A stretch of DNA of 63,613 nt, filler included, from Licmophora abbreviata (lineage: Eukaryota), in NCBI GenBank assembly GCA_900291995.1. It is 17 parts of 17 records of this genome, joined end to end, with 100 filler letters (N's around TTAATTAATTAA, not from the genome) between each part and the next. Parts side by side here need not be neighbours in the genome. Positions count along the whole stretch, not along the records: positions 1 to 15,779 come from OLMU01000896.1; positions 15,880 to 19,659 come from OLMU01000899.1; positions 19,760 to 21,442 come from OLMU01000900.1; positions 21,543 to 22,887 come from OLMU01000903.1; positions 22,988 to 24,304 come from OLMU01000904.1; positions 24,405 to 28,847 come from OLMU01000905.1; 11 more parts are not named here. One strand, 5' to 3'. Within the stretch, counting starts at the first letter, position 1. Each line of letters begins with the position of its first letter. Under the pieces are notes generated by a model. That model was not told the DNA's origin. It did not search any database and worked only from the letters and a program-made list of their open reading frames with translations. This document shows, piece by piece, positions 12,830 through 24,876 of the stretch. The translations under genes were made by a program, and so were the position numbers.

Positions 12830-13164
12830 CGTGAGTAGTTTGTTCGATAACAGCTCGTCTTTCGGTCATCTGAAGGTATCACTCTCATGATCAACAGCAT
12901 GACGACACCATTTACCATTTCATCGTCATCGCAAATCAAAACTGAACACCCAAACATCAGATCGCGCGCTGATGAAGTGCGCGAGAAACCCACCTTCTCT
13001 GAGTCGAGGTAGTCGACTATTCAATCGAAGATTTTGGATTTTATTAGCTCTGACGTTTGTCCGCCAGCGAGATCTGCCTTCGGCTGATGACACTCCCCGC
13101 TCATGAGTCCATCGCATCTTGCATTTTGTAAACAGACCTTCTTCCAACCAGGCTAGTTCGCATC

Positions 13165-13743
13165 ATGAAGTGTATCGTAGCCCTCTTCCTAACCGCTCTC
13201 CTTTGCTTGAGTTCGGTACAGGCGTTTACGACCAGCAGCCGTCCCGCCATGGTGCCGCGGACGAACAGCATGAGCAGCACGCCCACCAAGACTCGTACTT
13301 CGCTCAACATGGTCTTTGGAAATAAGAAATCTGCCGCTCAGAAAGCTCAAGACAAGGAAAATGAAGAAAAGTACTGGCAGGGCGAATGGGTCTGTAAGGA
13401 CTGCGGCTACATCTATAATCGGGTGAGTCAAGTCTGGGCAGTCGTAGCTGCACGTTTGAAACGACCTTGCACTCGCCGTCTCTTCGTCTCACGCCGCCCT
13501 CTCACGGACTTTGCTCTCCGTCTCGCTATCACGTAGGCTGAATGTGCTGGTCTGTACTTTGAAGAGCAGGGACCTGGCTTTCGTTGCCCCCAGTGCTCGG
13601 GACCTCGTCGTCGCTACGCGAAAAAGGTGGGCGACCGGGTGGGAACGACCCTCGACGGCGGCGATGCTCCCATTTTGATATTTAGCTTTGGTGGAGTCAT
13701 TTTGACTATCATCTTTGGATTCTGGGCGGCCAACAACTTGTAG
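13165..13743 (+). CDS. Plastid-targeted rubredoxin-like protein with C-terminal TM helix; intron 13423-13536
   Basis: Signal peptide ending VQA-F. WVCKDCGYIY splices to FRCPQCSGPRRRY (two CxxC). Hydrophobic C-terminus; stop 13741-13743. Confidence 0.88.
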
Positions 13744-13925
13744 AAGAACGATCTTGCTGCTTCCAACTGCGCTGTACTACTACTACTCGTAGTAGTAGCA
13801 GTATGGATTTTGGCATGATGTTGGACCCGGTAAGCTAAGGAGTCATTACGGAGAGAGCAGTCAACTTCACGAATCTGCAACAACAGCATTTAGCTATTAT
13901 TTATTAAAAAGAAACAGGCCTACTT

Positions 13926-15779
13926 TTACACTTCCACAGCTTCGACATGCTTGTTTTCCTTTCGGTGTTCGTCGCCACCAGGAGCAGCGCTCGTCGCTGC
14001 GTTCGCCGTCGTCGCTCTTCGATCGTGAACTGCCCACCGGAGTCCCAGCGACGTCAACTTATCCAAGTACTCATCCTTTAGGACGCGCTTGGTGTGAGCA
14101 GAACGCTGCCGGTTGATCCATCGTCCTAGAGCCTTGCCGTCGCGAGTTTCGAACTTGGCTGGGCAGTTGCCATCCCACGAATTGTTTGGGTCGGCAGCCT
14201 TGCGCTCGTTCACGTACTCGACCAGCGCCTCGTACATGTCGTACCAGGAGAAATTGTTCAATACTGACCACTTGAGGCCGATCTCCTCCAGTTTCTGTAA
14301 AAGAACCATGCAACAACAAAGCAACGATGAGCGCTGTGGGGTGCGTTCTTTTGGCTGTTTGGGTGCAAACTCCACGAAAGGTGCGACAAACATACCTCAA
14401 TCCGATCTTCAAGTAGTCTCCCAGACTGATACAAACTACGTTGTCGATTGACCCATCGACCAAGCTTCTTATCTCCGTCGACACAGTAGCTTGTAGGAAC
14501 ATTACCATCCCACTCTTGACCATCTTTGGTCTAAAGATGGAAAAGCGATGATTATGTTAGTCGATACAGGTGGCAGTGGAACATCGACGCGATTGGAAGC
14601 GGCACGCTTACCTCCTCTTTGATGTAGCGCTTGAGCTCGTCCAGCATATCGTCAAATGGGTTAGTCGTAATGACACTCCAGCGCAGCCCGGTGCTGCACA
14701 GCTTCACTTCTCTGTCCTCTTTGAGAGTCCCCTTGGTCTTGGCAGAGCGTTGGTTGTTGATCCATCTTCCGAGGCCTTTGCCGTCTTTTGTCTGTTCAAA
14801 AGAGCCGACAAACAAAACATAGATGAGAAGAGTTGACATCGTTTTTTGAGCGACAGGAGAAACAATGCATTTTCTAACCTTGTACGTGGTCGGAACGTTC
14901 CCGTCCCATTTCCAAGCTTTCTTTTCCGTATCGGACATGTCTTTCTGTTCCAGTACCTTACGCTCTTGAATGAACTGTAGCAAGCAACCGAACATTTCGT
15001 CCCACTTTAAACTAGCAGCATCCTTCGTTGAGGATATCCCAGTGGAGCTTGGGACTGCCTGCGGCACTGGCAAACTTCGGGCAGAACGAGCGTTTGTAGC
15101 ATTGGAAATTTTCGGAGTCTGAGCCGATGATGGAGCGCGGGGAGCTACTGGAGAACGCTGCGCTGCAGCTGACACCGACACTTGATTTTGAGAAGCTGGT
15201 TTATCCGGTGTCGGCACCTTTGGTCGTTTCTTGATGGGAGGCCGTGAATTCGGTGCCGCTCCATCGCCAGAAGGTGGGACGTACCCCGCAGCGGCTCGTG
15301 CTCTGGCACGTCTCGCTTCCAACTCTTCGCCGCTCATCGTTGACTCTGGCAGTGGAACTGACACAATAGGGTTAGCTTTCTGTTGTGCAGAAGCATACTT
15401 CAAGTTTTTCGAGCCCTTCTTCACGAAGGACGACAAGTCGATTGCTGTTGTTGCCGCTTGGGCAGCGTCGACGGCGGCAGCAACGGCATTGTAATCTACA
15501 GCAATTGGTCTCGACGATGAGGTAGAGGAGGATCTAGGCCTCACACCCGTGGCGTCCTTAGATTTCAGCATCGCAAGTTCCCGTTCAGTAATGGCTCCAA
15601 TCAACGGAGACGCTGCACTGCTAATGTCGCTGTCGAGACCAGCCTCCCGCCGTAGCAAGTCCGAGCCAAAGGAGCCGAGCGACCCCGCCTCAGGGACTCC
15701 CGCATCCGGGCCAGAAGCAGCGTGCTCGACTGCTCCAGCGAGATCCGCCAACTGATCGCCGACAGACATCATGGCAGCT
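13926..15779 (-). CDS. Helicase-associated (HA) domain repeat protein, 5' partial; introns 14792-14878, 14531-14609, 14296-14395
   Basis: Three repeats of (W/F)xxM...WDGN(V/C)P...LGRW(I/V)NxQR...GL(R/K)W after splicing. Confidence 0.82.
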
Positions 15780-15879
15780 NNNNNNNNNNNNNNNNNNNNN
15801 NNNNNNNNNNNNNNNNNNNNNNNTTAATTAATTAANNNNNNNNNNNNNNNNNNNNNNNNNNNNNNNNNNNNNNNNNNNN
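15780..15879. other. Artificial contig spacer (first of 16)
   Basis: N44-TTAATTAATTAA-N44, giving stops in all six frames. Others start at 19660, 21443, 22888, 24305, 28848, 32559, 34613, 35912, 43196, 44750, 48995, 50616, 53727, 60256, 61953. Confidence 0.99.
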
Positions 15880-16125
15880 GCGACTTCCTGTTGCCTCTGC
15901 TTGCATCATAGCGAAGAAAGCTTCAGTCTCCTCGCGTGCGCTCTTTCAATTTTTTTAGATTGCAAAATCTGCAGAAAAAAATCGAAATAGGTTTGGCGCA
16001 ATACGATGACCCTCTAACAGCTTGCGGCCTGCTGCAATGGCAGCATCCCGTTGGCACCGGCTATCAGAATAATGATAAGATGTCACTTTAGTTCGCCCCT
16101 GATCTGATTTGTACGCAGACTAAAG

Positions 16126-19100
16126 CTATAGTACTCTATCGATATCAAACGACGACGCTGACGACGATGATGAAGCCGATGGTGACCGACCGATCTGCTG
16201 GTTTAGATTGTCGGGAAGGACGTCGTCGGTCTTCAGAGCCGGCTGAAGGTACGAGTCTCGGAGTAGACTGAAGTCCAGTCCGCCAGCCTTGTAGTTTCTA
16301 CGATCGAGTTGTAGGCATTCTCGAGTCGGCAAGTGATTCGAAACGTAAAAGTGTTTCATGCCAATGTAGAAGTTGAACAGAATCGTTATCGCGATGAGGG
16401 GGAACATAAGCGGAGTCGCAATCGTCGCTTTCTTGAGGGTCAAAAGCCCCACCAAAGTAAATTCCGCAATTAGCATGCCAACCAAACAAAAATGGATAAA
16501 GCCAGACCACATTTTGCCGCCACTGTCGGGTTTGGCAGGATAGTTGTAGACAAACTGGTGACTGTACCCGCTTGACAAAAGCATATAGCAAAAGGCGAGG
16601 AAGAAACAGGTCAGCGGCGCAATTGTACAATAAACCCAGAAGATCATAAAGTAAAGCACGATACTGGCGAGATATTCGCTGTGCTGGAACGGCCAGGGGT
16701 CTTCAAGGGAAGGAATCCAGAAATAGGCTTTGCGGCGCTCCTTCTCCGTGAGACGTGGACCTACGAAACGACGAAGCGCTGCCAAAGATAATGGAACAAC
16801 GCGATGAAGTTCCAGTCCCATGCCAACAAAGGTTGAGACAAGCGAAAATTGGACGAAGAACGTGCTCTGCGATGGAAGCGTGTTGGCGAGCAAATCGATG
16901 AGCTCAGAGGGGTCGTCAAGAATATTGGAGATTGAAGCCCAAATCCCTCCTGAAATCGCAGATATAAAAAACGTCTGGATGACCTGTAGAATGAAACGAC
17001 ACGATTCGAGTCGGTTGGAAATTACAATCCAAAAATGCCTCCGGGCGTATTCATCATCAAGAGCTCACCTGGAAAGCCGACATCTTGACGAACACCGAAG
17101 CCTCGAGATCTGCCGAAGCGATTAAGCCTTCTAGTTTCGATATGGTTTCAAGGATGATAGGCAGCAATCCGTTGAGAGCCAGAAGTAGAAGAGGCGCAAG
17201 CTGTTCCAGCAATGCTTGAATCCAAGGGTTCTTCTCTATTTTGGCCTCCAGCCCCGGGAGAGTCTCCTTCAAAGACTCGATTTCGGTAAGCGAAGATATG
17301 AATGAGACGGGGATCGTCCAGAAACAACAAAGCAAGAACGTTAAACTGAAACTCGCAACGCGACCAAGCTGCCGCGCTCGGTGAGTCATTCCGACATTTT
17401 TCCAGTAGATGTCGTCTGGGTCCGGAGCCTCAGAAACATCCATGACAAAAGGTGTGGGGTGGTGTGACATTTGCAGTGCCGCATGAGCAGTTGATAGCTT
17501 CGTGAGGGTGACGAAACCGGCGTTACGGGGGCTCCCTTCCAGCTCCCCCGTGAGAAATGCCTTGAAATTTCTCACATTTTCGAAGCTCTTGTCTTTCACT
17601 TTGATTATCGACTGAACGCTCTGTCTCCCGACTTTTTGCACCTTCGACACTCCGTAGTCAGCCATTTTCTTAACGTTGATTTCTTGATTCACCTCCGACA
17701 TGACCTTCTTCGCGACCTGTGCCGCGTCCGTACGCATCGACGTGACTTCCCTTTTCAGCACTGAAACACGTTGAGAAAGACGGGTACTGCTCAATCTCGA
17801 ACTGAATGATTGGGACGAAGAATCTGGCTGATTTTGAAACGATGCTATTTCGAGCATCCCGATGCTATCCTCTACCGGCGGGGCAAGATTCGGGTCAGGA
17901 TTGTGAGAGGTAGGCGAGGAACGCGCGGGCATGCCTGCCTTGCCCATCTCAGTTTCGGATACGCAATCTCCCTCAGCTATATGAATCGAGCGACTCGAGG
18001 ACGTTACAGGTTCAATGGCCGGTGCCTCCAGGTAGTCAAGCGAATGATTTTCGTCATGAGGAATAGGCACGCTCAACACTACAGCTTTTTGGTCGACGGG
18101 ATTAAAGAAGCCCTTTCCGACCTGTCCGTGAGATGCGACATGCCCCCCACGACACTCGACCGTGCCTCTGGACTCAAATATTCCGCTATCAAGCCGAAAG
18201 CGTTCCGGAAGTTCGGTCGGTGGCTCCACCTCCTCGGGCACCCCCGCGTCCGTGCCCTCGTCATCATCCTGGGAAAAAATTGTTGCCAGTCGCTTGTCAA
18301 GCTCGTCAGAGTCGTCGTAGCTATTGCGGCGCTTCCGATCGCCCCTGCCTCCGTCAGGAGTATTGTCACGCGGTGCAAATAGCGGAAAGTGACGGGTCTT
18401 TGGTGATGACGATGCGTCAGTTCTCTCAGAAGGACGCTCGATGGAAAAGAGCCGCCGACGTCTGGGGGGCGATGGCGGCGGTCGGCCTCCTGACTCCTTA
18501 TCCTGGGGCACGTCTAAACGCGTGCTACCGAAAGATGTGGAGTCTTTCGAAAAAAAGCGAAAGCGCCGCGTCCTCGGCGAGGAAGGGCGTCCTCTTCTTT
18601 CTGGAGTGTCCTCAATCGAGAAGAGACGGAACCGCCTTGGAGCTGGATGGTCTTCATTCTCATCGTCTGAAAGAGAATGGCTGCTACCCGATTCCTCAAG
18701 CAGTTCGGACAGGTTTGCTGTTCGATTCATCTTGTTAAAGTTGCTGCGAAAGCGATCGTTGGCAGCAATAATCTGGTTGATGGCAACACGAATCTCACGA
18801 TTTAAGGTTTCGACTTGCTCCTTCAATACCGATGCCTTCTCAGCAGTTTCCAGTTTCCCCGTTCGCACAAGCTTTCGCACGCTCACATGCTTTTGGGAGA
18901 CTCCTTTGATCGATTCCAATGCAATGGCGTGTTCCCATTTCTCAACGAGTTTCTTTCGAAGGGCAACTTTGTACTCCAGCTCCGGTATATCCATCGCGAC
19001 ATGGGCCTCCAGAACTCCCTCTGTCGAGAAACATTGTCGGAAGTAGTCCGCCAGGGCGTAGCTAGATCGATACTCGGGCGGGATACCGGACACATAGACA

Positions 19101-19659
19101 GTGTAGTTCTTGGGCGACTGCGTTGACAGAAACTTGTGTCGAAACTTTGTATACCATCTAAACTCCTGCAAGATAAGGTACATTGTGTAGAGAAAGATGA
19201 TGTAGGCAGCCAGCACAGTCGCCAAGAATCGCTCCGAACCAGCTGGCACATTCGAAGTTGTAGCCCGCTGAAAGGTATCAACCACGAGTTCAGTATCGTT
19301 GGACTCTTCGGCAGTCACGTAGACCGGTATTAGATAAACGGAGTTGAGCATACCCACGAGTGAAAGTCGCAGACCAAACCTCAGGACTCGCAAGAAACAG
19401 AGCGCATCCATGCCACAGTTCTCGAGAATCACTGCATCCGGGATTCTCCGTAATTCCCAGGCCCAACGAAGATAGCCGTGCTGGTCCAAGGCAAGATCAG
19501 TCTTAAACTCTGGGACCCAACTTCTTATGTTGTAGAACTTTGGAAATTTCCGTCGTAAAATACAAAAGAGAGCGAAGAGGATAGCGTAAATAGACCCATA
19601 CAGTCGAAAAGTCAATCGCAGCACAGTCGTGTCATTTTCCTCGACAGCAGCCGCTCCGG
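16126..19659 (-). CDS. OSCA/TMEM63/CSC1-like mechanosensitive channel, 5' partial; intron 16984-17068
   Basis: CGMDALCFLRVLR, YTVYVSGIP, GFVT, APDPDDIYWKNVG, FWTIPVSFI, LANTLPSQSTFF, IAPL, DSGGKMW; multiple TM helices. Confidence 0.92.
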
Positions 19660-20256
19660 NNNNNNNNNNNNNNNNNNNNNNNNNNNNNNNNNNNNNNNNN
19701 NNNTTAATTAATTAANNNNNNNNNNNNNNNNNNNNNNNNNNNNNNNNNNNNNNNNNNNNTTTCTTCTAGAAATCTTGCATGGGTTTCAACATATGCCATG
19801 GTCAAGAAAATTCATAGAGTCGATCGAGCAATCTATACCAGAAGCCTTCCACAATTCACTAGAGCTTCCCTGATGCTCACAACGACGGCGATCTCAACAT
19901 CATGCTAGCATGTTGCATCACCAACTTTTCTGACGGCGAAAAAAGCAGTCGGACCAAAAAACGAAATTGGAGTTGAGTCGAGTCACGAGTCAAGTCCCTC
20001 AATTGATGGCGCATGGAGCACGGAAGAGACGAAAAAAACTGTGAACAGGTAGACTATGCGTAGACTGTGTTTATGGTGCCGGTCCAATGGCATTGATTAC
20101 CTTTTTAAGTTCGAGTGTCACCTAACGTCTGTAGATACCGGTTTTATACGCATGTTGGGAACACTGTTCTGAAGTCTCCATCCCTGCGATGCCACCGCTC
20201 TCTAATGTCGAGCTACCGCGGTAGCAGCATCGACCCAGTGGCGCAAAGTCTCAGGC

Positions 20257-21442
20257 TCATTGGAAGCTCTCCATCATCGGCGGAAAGAATGCAGTGTGCA
20301 GAAAACGGAAAATCGAGCCAAGAAGCCGAATGGTAAACCACCCCAGAGCGGCAACTGCGACAGCAGTGAGGGTAATCTTTGCGTATGCGACCGTCTCTTC
20401 GTACTCCTCCGGAATGCGAAGGAATGAGAAAGTATCGTAGCCATCCAGCGTGTCGTTGTGTGCCTTATTGTAGGGCTGTAGACAACATGATACCAACGAC
20501 ACTTTACAATTAGAGACAACAACACTTCCGCTGGACGGAACACATGAACACCGTCAATCACTCACCCGTGGAATCATATCGCCAACAAGAAGCTGGCCGG
20601 GAAGTCGAGTTTGATTGCTGTCGGCGTTTGTTGCCAATTCTGTCAGACAACGAGGATCGCGCTTGTACGGAACAGCACTAGATCCAGGACGAGGCACGTC
20701 ACGGTATAGATCCTGCTTGAACACGGGTACCTCAGCCACGTATGAGCCGAAGGATATCTTCTTCATAGCTTTGAGCTTTTCGTTTTTCTCACGCTTTATT
20801 CGTGCTTTAAATACCGCAGCCTCGAGTCGCGCTTGACGCTTCTCTTCAGCCTTCGCCTTCAACATTTCCCGTTCCTTATCGGATCGTGACTGAACTTTTT
20901 GGATATAAAATATGTCAAAGAGCTTCATCCAAGGTCCAAGTCCGATCCAGGCGACAGCTCGAGACACCCACTTGAGCAAAAAGAACCACGGCACAAAGTA
21001 AAAAACGACAGAGAGCAGCAGAAAGGTCAGGGTCAACCAATACGAAATGTAGCATTCAGTCCACGATAGTACATGTCGAGTGATTCGCAGGCTTTTACAT
21101 GCCCGTTCGAGGTTCTGTTGGACTGGGTATAAGTATGCCTTCAGCACGGTGGGTCGGTAGGTACTTGCATTGAGCCAGCCTTTGGTTACTTTTGTACTCA
21201 TATCTGTGTCCGTTCCACCAACCTCTTCCAGCTTTCTCAACTCCTCGTCGCGCTGCTTCTGCATTTCCTCTCGAGCGACTTTGGCTGCCTCCTCAATTGT
21301 CTGTAAGCGTTTCTCTTGCCAATCCTCGTATGCTTCGACTGCATCCAAATTTGCGAACGGCTCGATCGAGTCTGATGGATACAAAGAACTTCCAAAGGCA
21401 AGCGACTGGGACATCTCTAGGAATGATTTGCAGCTATACCAG
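20257..21442 (-). CDS. 3' part of a membrane protein resembling the C-terminus of MCTP/C2-domain proteins; intron 20476-20565
   Basis: Long open frame with hydrophobic hairpin WTECYISYWLTLTFLLLS..VPW..WIGLGPWMK; phase-0 GT-AG intron leads to a final TM exon. Confidence 0.6.
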
Positions 21443-21542
21443 NNNNNNNNNNNNNNNNNNNNNNNNNNNNNNNNNNNNNNNNNNNNTTAATTAATTAANN
21501 NNNNNNNNNNNNNNNNNNNNNNNNNNNNNNNNNNNNNNNNNN

Positions 21543-21593
21543 GGAATGTAAACTTAAGCTTATGTATGTCCGAGGAGCTTAAGTTTACACTCC
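21543..21593. repeat. 18-bp inverted repeat (1 mismatch, 15-nt loop) at a contig start
   Basis: GGAATGTAAACTTAAGCT (21543-21560) versus AGCTTAAGTTTACACTCC (21576-21593). Confidence 0.85.
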
Positions 21594-22065
21594 CTAACAG
21601 TAGAACCACTTTGGTGATGAAATAGAGATGTTTCACTCATACTTAGCGAAACAGTTTACTTACGGGCCGATCACCCCGCGCCCCACGCTCCTGCGCTCTC
21701 TGATGACAGACCTTGTTTCTTGTATTACTCATATCAAAATTCACCTTAACTGCTAAACAATCATTGCAATCACACTGCTGGCTGAAGCGGCAGTATGGTT
21801 TGACGATGAAGACGACGGTGCGCGACGCGGCAACTCGCCCCCTCAACGGCTCAAGCAAGAAAAAAGTACCAACCAAATTTTATATTGATTGGATCACATG
21901 AAGAAGAAGATGACGGATGCTCACTCTACCAAACTGAAAAATGTATGCAACCAAAAAAGTGCCCCAAGCAAGCGTTGAGGCGTTGGGAACCAGCAGCCAT
22001 TTGCTGTGAACGATCGAAACACCTCACTTTTTTGTTGATGAGACTTGGACGAAGCCAACATCACG

Positions 22066-22887
22066 ATGAAGATTCTGCTTTTCCATTTGATCAGTGCAAT
22101 GCTCCTTCACGGAGGAGCTTCCCAGCCTTTGAGGAATCGAAAGGTATGTGCACGTGCAAGGTTTGTGGCGCTTTCTCTGATCACCAAACCGTATCTTTTG
22201 CATCTGACGGGACGTTTTTTTTTGTTGGCATGCTACTCCTTATAAATCAGATGGAAGTCTCATTTAAAACATATGAGAATCCATCCCCACTACACTCTTC
22301 AGATCTCAACAAGACGGCCCTTCTTCTTGAGCTACTAGATACATATGAACATTCAAATGTTGTAAGTCTTGCATCACTTCCGTTTCTCATGGGATGTTGA
22401 AAGAAAAAATGTGCCACGAGATGGATGTTGTTTGTTGTCTAAACGTTCTTGCACTCCTCTGCTTCTTGAAGACTGAAGTCGATGGGAAAATTGTAGGTGG
22501 GGTGGATGCCCCTATCAATCGATACCCTTACTACACTTACTTACGTAAATTTGGATCATCAGGAATAGCCACGTGTGGAGGATCATTGATCGCTCCTGGG
22601 TGGGTACTGACTGCTGCCCACTGCTTGGAGGATAGTAATATGAACTCGGTGTCGGTGATCTTATACATTGGTCAATATGAGATGTCTGCAGACAATGGTG
22701 GGCAGTATTCTGAGATACGCATTTCGTCTCGAATCCTGGTACCCCCAGCCTTTGATTATGATAAGCCGCTCAATGGGTATGATTATGCCCTCATAGAGCT
22801 TGATTCTCCGTCATCCATCAGGCCCCTAGGTTATGAGGATGGCTCACTCGGCGTTGGCTTTCCTGCTGGCAAAACGCTGGAAACTAT
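22066..22887 (+). CDS. Secreted trypsin-like (S1A) serine protease, N-terminal part; introns 22144-22250 and 22362-22471
   Basis: Signal peptide MKILLFHLISAMLL, activation site K-IVGG, CGGSLIAPGWVLTAAHC, DYALIEL; the catalytic Ser region would fall in the gap. Confidence 0.9.
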
Positions 22888-22987
22888 NNNNNNNNNNNNN
22901 NNNNNNNNNNNNNNNNNNNNNNNNNNNNNNNTTAATTAATTAANNNNNNNNNNNNNNNNNNNNNNNNNNNNNNNNNNNNNNNNNNNN

Positions 22988-23758
22988 ACAGGGGTTGATC
23001 CAATCGAAACAGCCACTCCAAACCCCACCCCCAATCCTACGCCAAATCCCACCCCATCGCCGAGGACGCCTGCACCGACACCGCTTCCGACGCCAAACCC
23101 AACCGATTTTCTGACGACGCCCGCACCAACAGTCCCGGTTGCCACCCCGAATCCCACCTCTCGAAACTCCACTCCTCCCCCAACGCCTCCTGCAGATGGG
23201 CAAAAGGTTCCGGTTAGATTTGTACTTCAACCGGACAACTTCCCCGACGAAACAGGATGGAGTCTTGTTTGTGACGGCCTGCAGCTTGCAAACGTCCCCG
23301 TCAATACCTACAGTCAGCCGGGAGAAGTAATCAAAGAATCCTTCGAAATCGCTCAAGGTTCCCAGTGCGTTCTTACCATGCTTGATCGATCTGGGGACGG
23401 CATCTGTTGTGAGTTTGGAAATGGATTTTACGAATTGACTGTCTCTGACAGCATTGTTTTTCGAGGTGAGCAATTTGATTTCCAAGGTACAATCGATTTT
23501 ACGGTTGTTCAAGTCAATCCGCCCACGCGAGCCTCAACGAATCCAGTTTTGGTTCAGTGGAAAGCTCCGTGTGGAGAGAAACATCGAGTTCAGAAATTCG
23601 TTGAAACAGAGAACGAATGGATCACAGAAGTAGAACTTGGTGTAGGGTGTGGTCCATCGCTCCCACTACTCGCAAGTGCCGGACTGTCGCAAGCAACAGA
23701 TCTCGCAGCGGCGCCCGTGTCTGTGCAGAAGGTCAAAGGCAAGGAGGGAGGGTTGTAA
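22988..23758 (+). CDS. Pro/Thr-rich stalk plus 'DxxGDGICC' extracellular domain; probable C-terminus of the trypsin gene
   Basis: Open frame from the contig start: TPNPTPNPTPNPTPSP..., then PDNFPDETGWSL...DRSGDGICCEFGNGFY; same strand as the trypsin across the gap. Confidence 0.7.
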   Translation, partial: TGVDPIETATPNPTPNPTPNPTPSPRTPAPTPLPTPNPTDFLTTPAPTVPVATPNPTSRNSTPPPTPPADGQKVPVRFVLQPDNFPDETGWSLVCDGLQLANVPVNTYSQPGEVIKESFEIAQGSQCVLTMLDRSGDGICCEFGNGFYELTVSDSIVFRGEQFDFQGTIDFTVVQVNPPTRASTNPVLVQWKAPCGEKHRVQKFVETENEWITEVELGVGCGPSLPLLASAGLSQATDLAAAPVSVQKVKGKEGGL

Positions 23759-24876
23759 GAAAAGGAACAAGGCAAAGAGGCTTCTGTGAAAGATCCGGTT
23801 TCAATATTAGTCTTTTGAAAATGGAAGAGTTCTTTTCTTCTGTCTTCTGCCCATGGAGATGCATGAGATGGTCAAGTGACGTTCCATATTTTGTATCCAC
23901 CTCTCTTCGTACTCCATGTAAAAATCTCATTAAGTAGTTTGTTCGTTCATGTTTTCCCTTCGTAGACTATCAATTTGTCATACACCCTTTACTCGTTTCC
24001 AATCATATCTTAAGCCGGCATTCGTTGAATCCTTCCTAGCTAGTGTACTGTGTAGTGTTGCGCACCAGCTGTTCCCAAACAAGCTCAGCCGTAATTACTC
24101 CTGTTGCACCTGACTACATACTTCTACCAGCTTCAGCTATGCTTGCCTGTTGAATGTCGAGGCAATATCATTGCGGAATGACACGGCTGAATGACTTTTC
24201 ACGGACGATCGAGTCTATTGTAAATTCGCCACAGTACATAGCGACTGCCATTACTCATTACATATCACTCAGTTACTTTCGCATCAACGCTTCACGAAGT
24301 GCACNNNNNNNNNNNNNNNNNNNNNNNNNNNNNNNNNNNNNNNNNNNNTTAATTAATTAANNNNNNNNNNNNNNNNNNNNNNNNNNNNNNNNNNNNNNNN
24401 NNNNGGAAATTTCGTGAGAATGGTCTGTGTCGTCTCCACGACCGTTGGAAGAAGCGAAGCGACCTTGTTAGCAATGGCGCTGCTGGCAACTCCTGCCTTT
24501 GCTCTCTGAGCCACCCCTTGTACGATTACACAGTTCTTGAAGAATAAGAAAGCCAAGCAAAAGCCGTTCCATTGATTGGCAATCTCTTCGGATATGCTAG
24601 GGTTCAGTTCACAATTTACATCTCCAAGAGCTGCTGACGGCGTGGAACGCCAGTTCCACTCAGTGTCATGCCTTTTCAGAGGAAGTGAGATTCGATTCAG
24701 AGGAAAGAGCGAAGGCCAGACACAAGTTTCCACTGCCAATGGTGGCGACATCGCGCACCCGCTCTGAACACGCTCGACTCGACTCACTCTCATTCATCGT
24801 GACCACAGCATCACATCACCTCTGCGGCAAAGGACACACACACCTACACCTACACCTACACCTTACCTCTTCTTCC

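Noticed and set aside
24405..24572. Possible 5' end of a minus-strand gene with a signal-like peptide (MERLLLGFLILQ)
   Set aside because: Frame stops early and would need another indel; too short to support
24841..24865. (CACCTA)n before the RPRD start, as a telomere-like repeat
   Set aside because: About four copies, internal, and not CCCTAA; an ordinary microsatellite, as is (GGATT)n at ~58815
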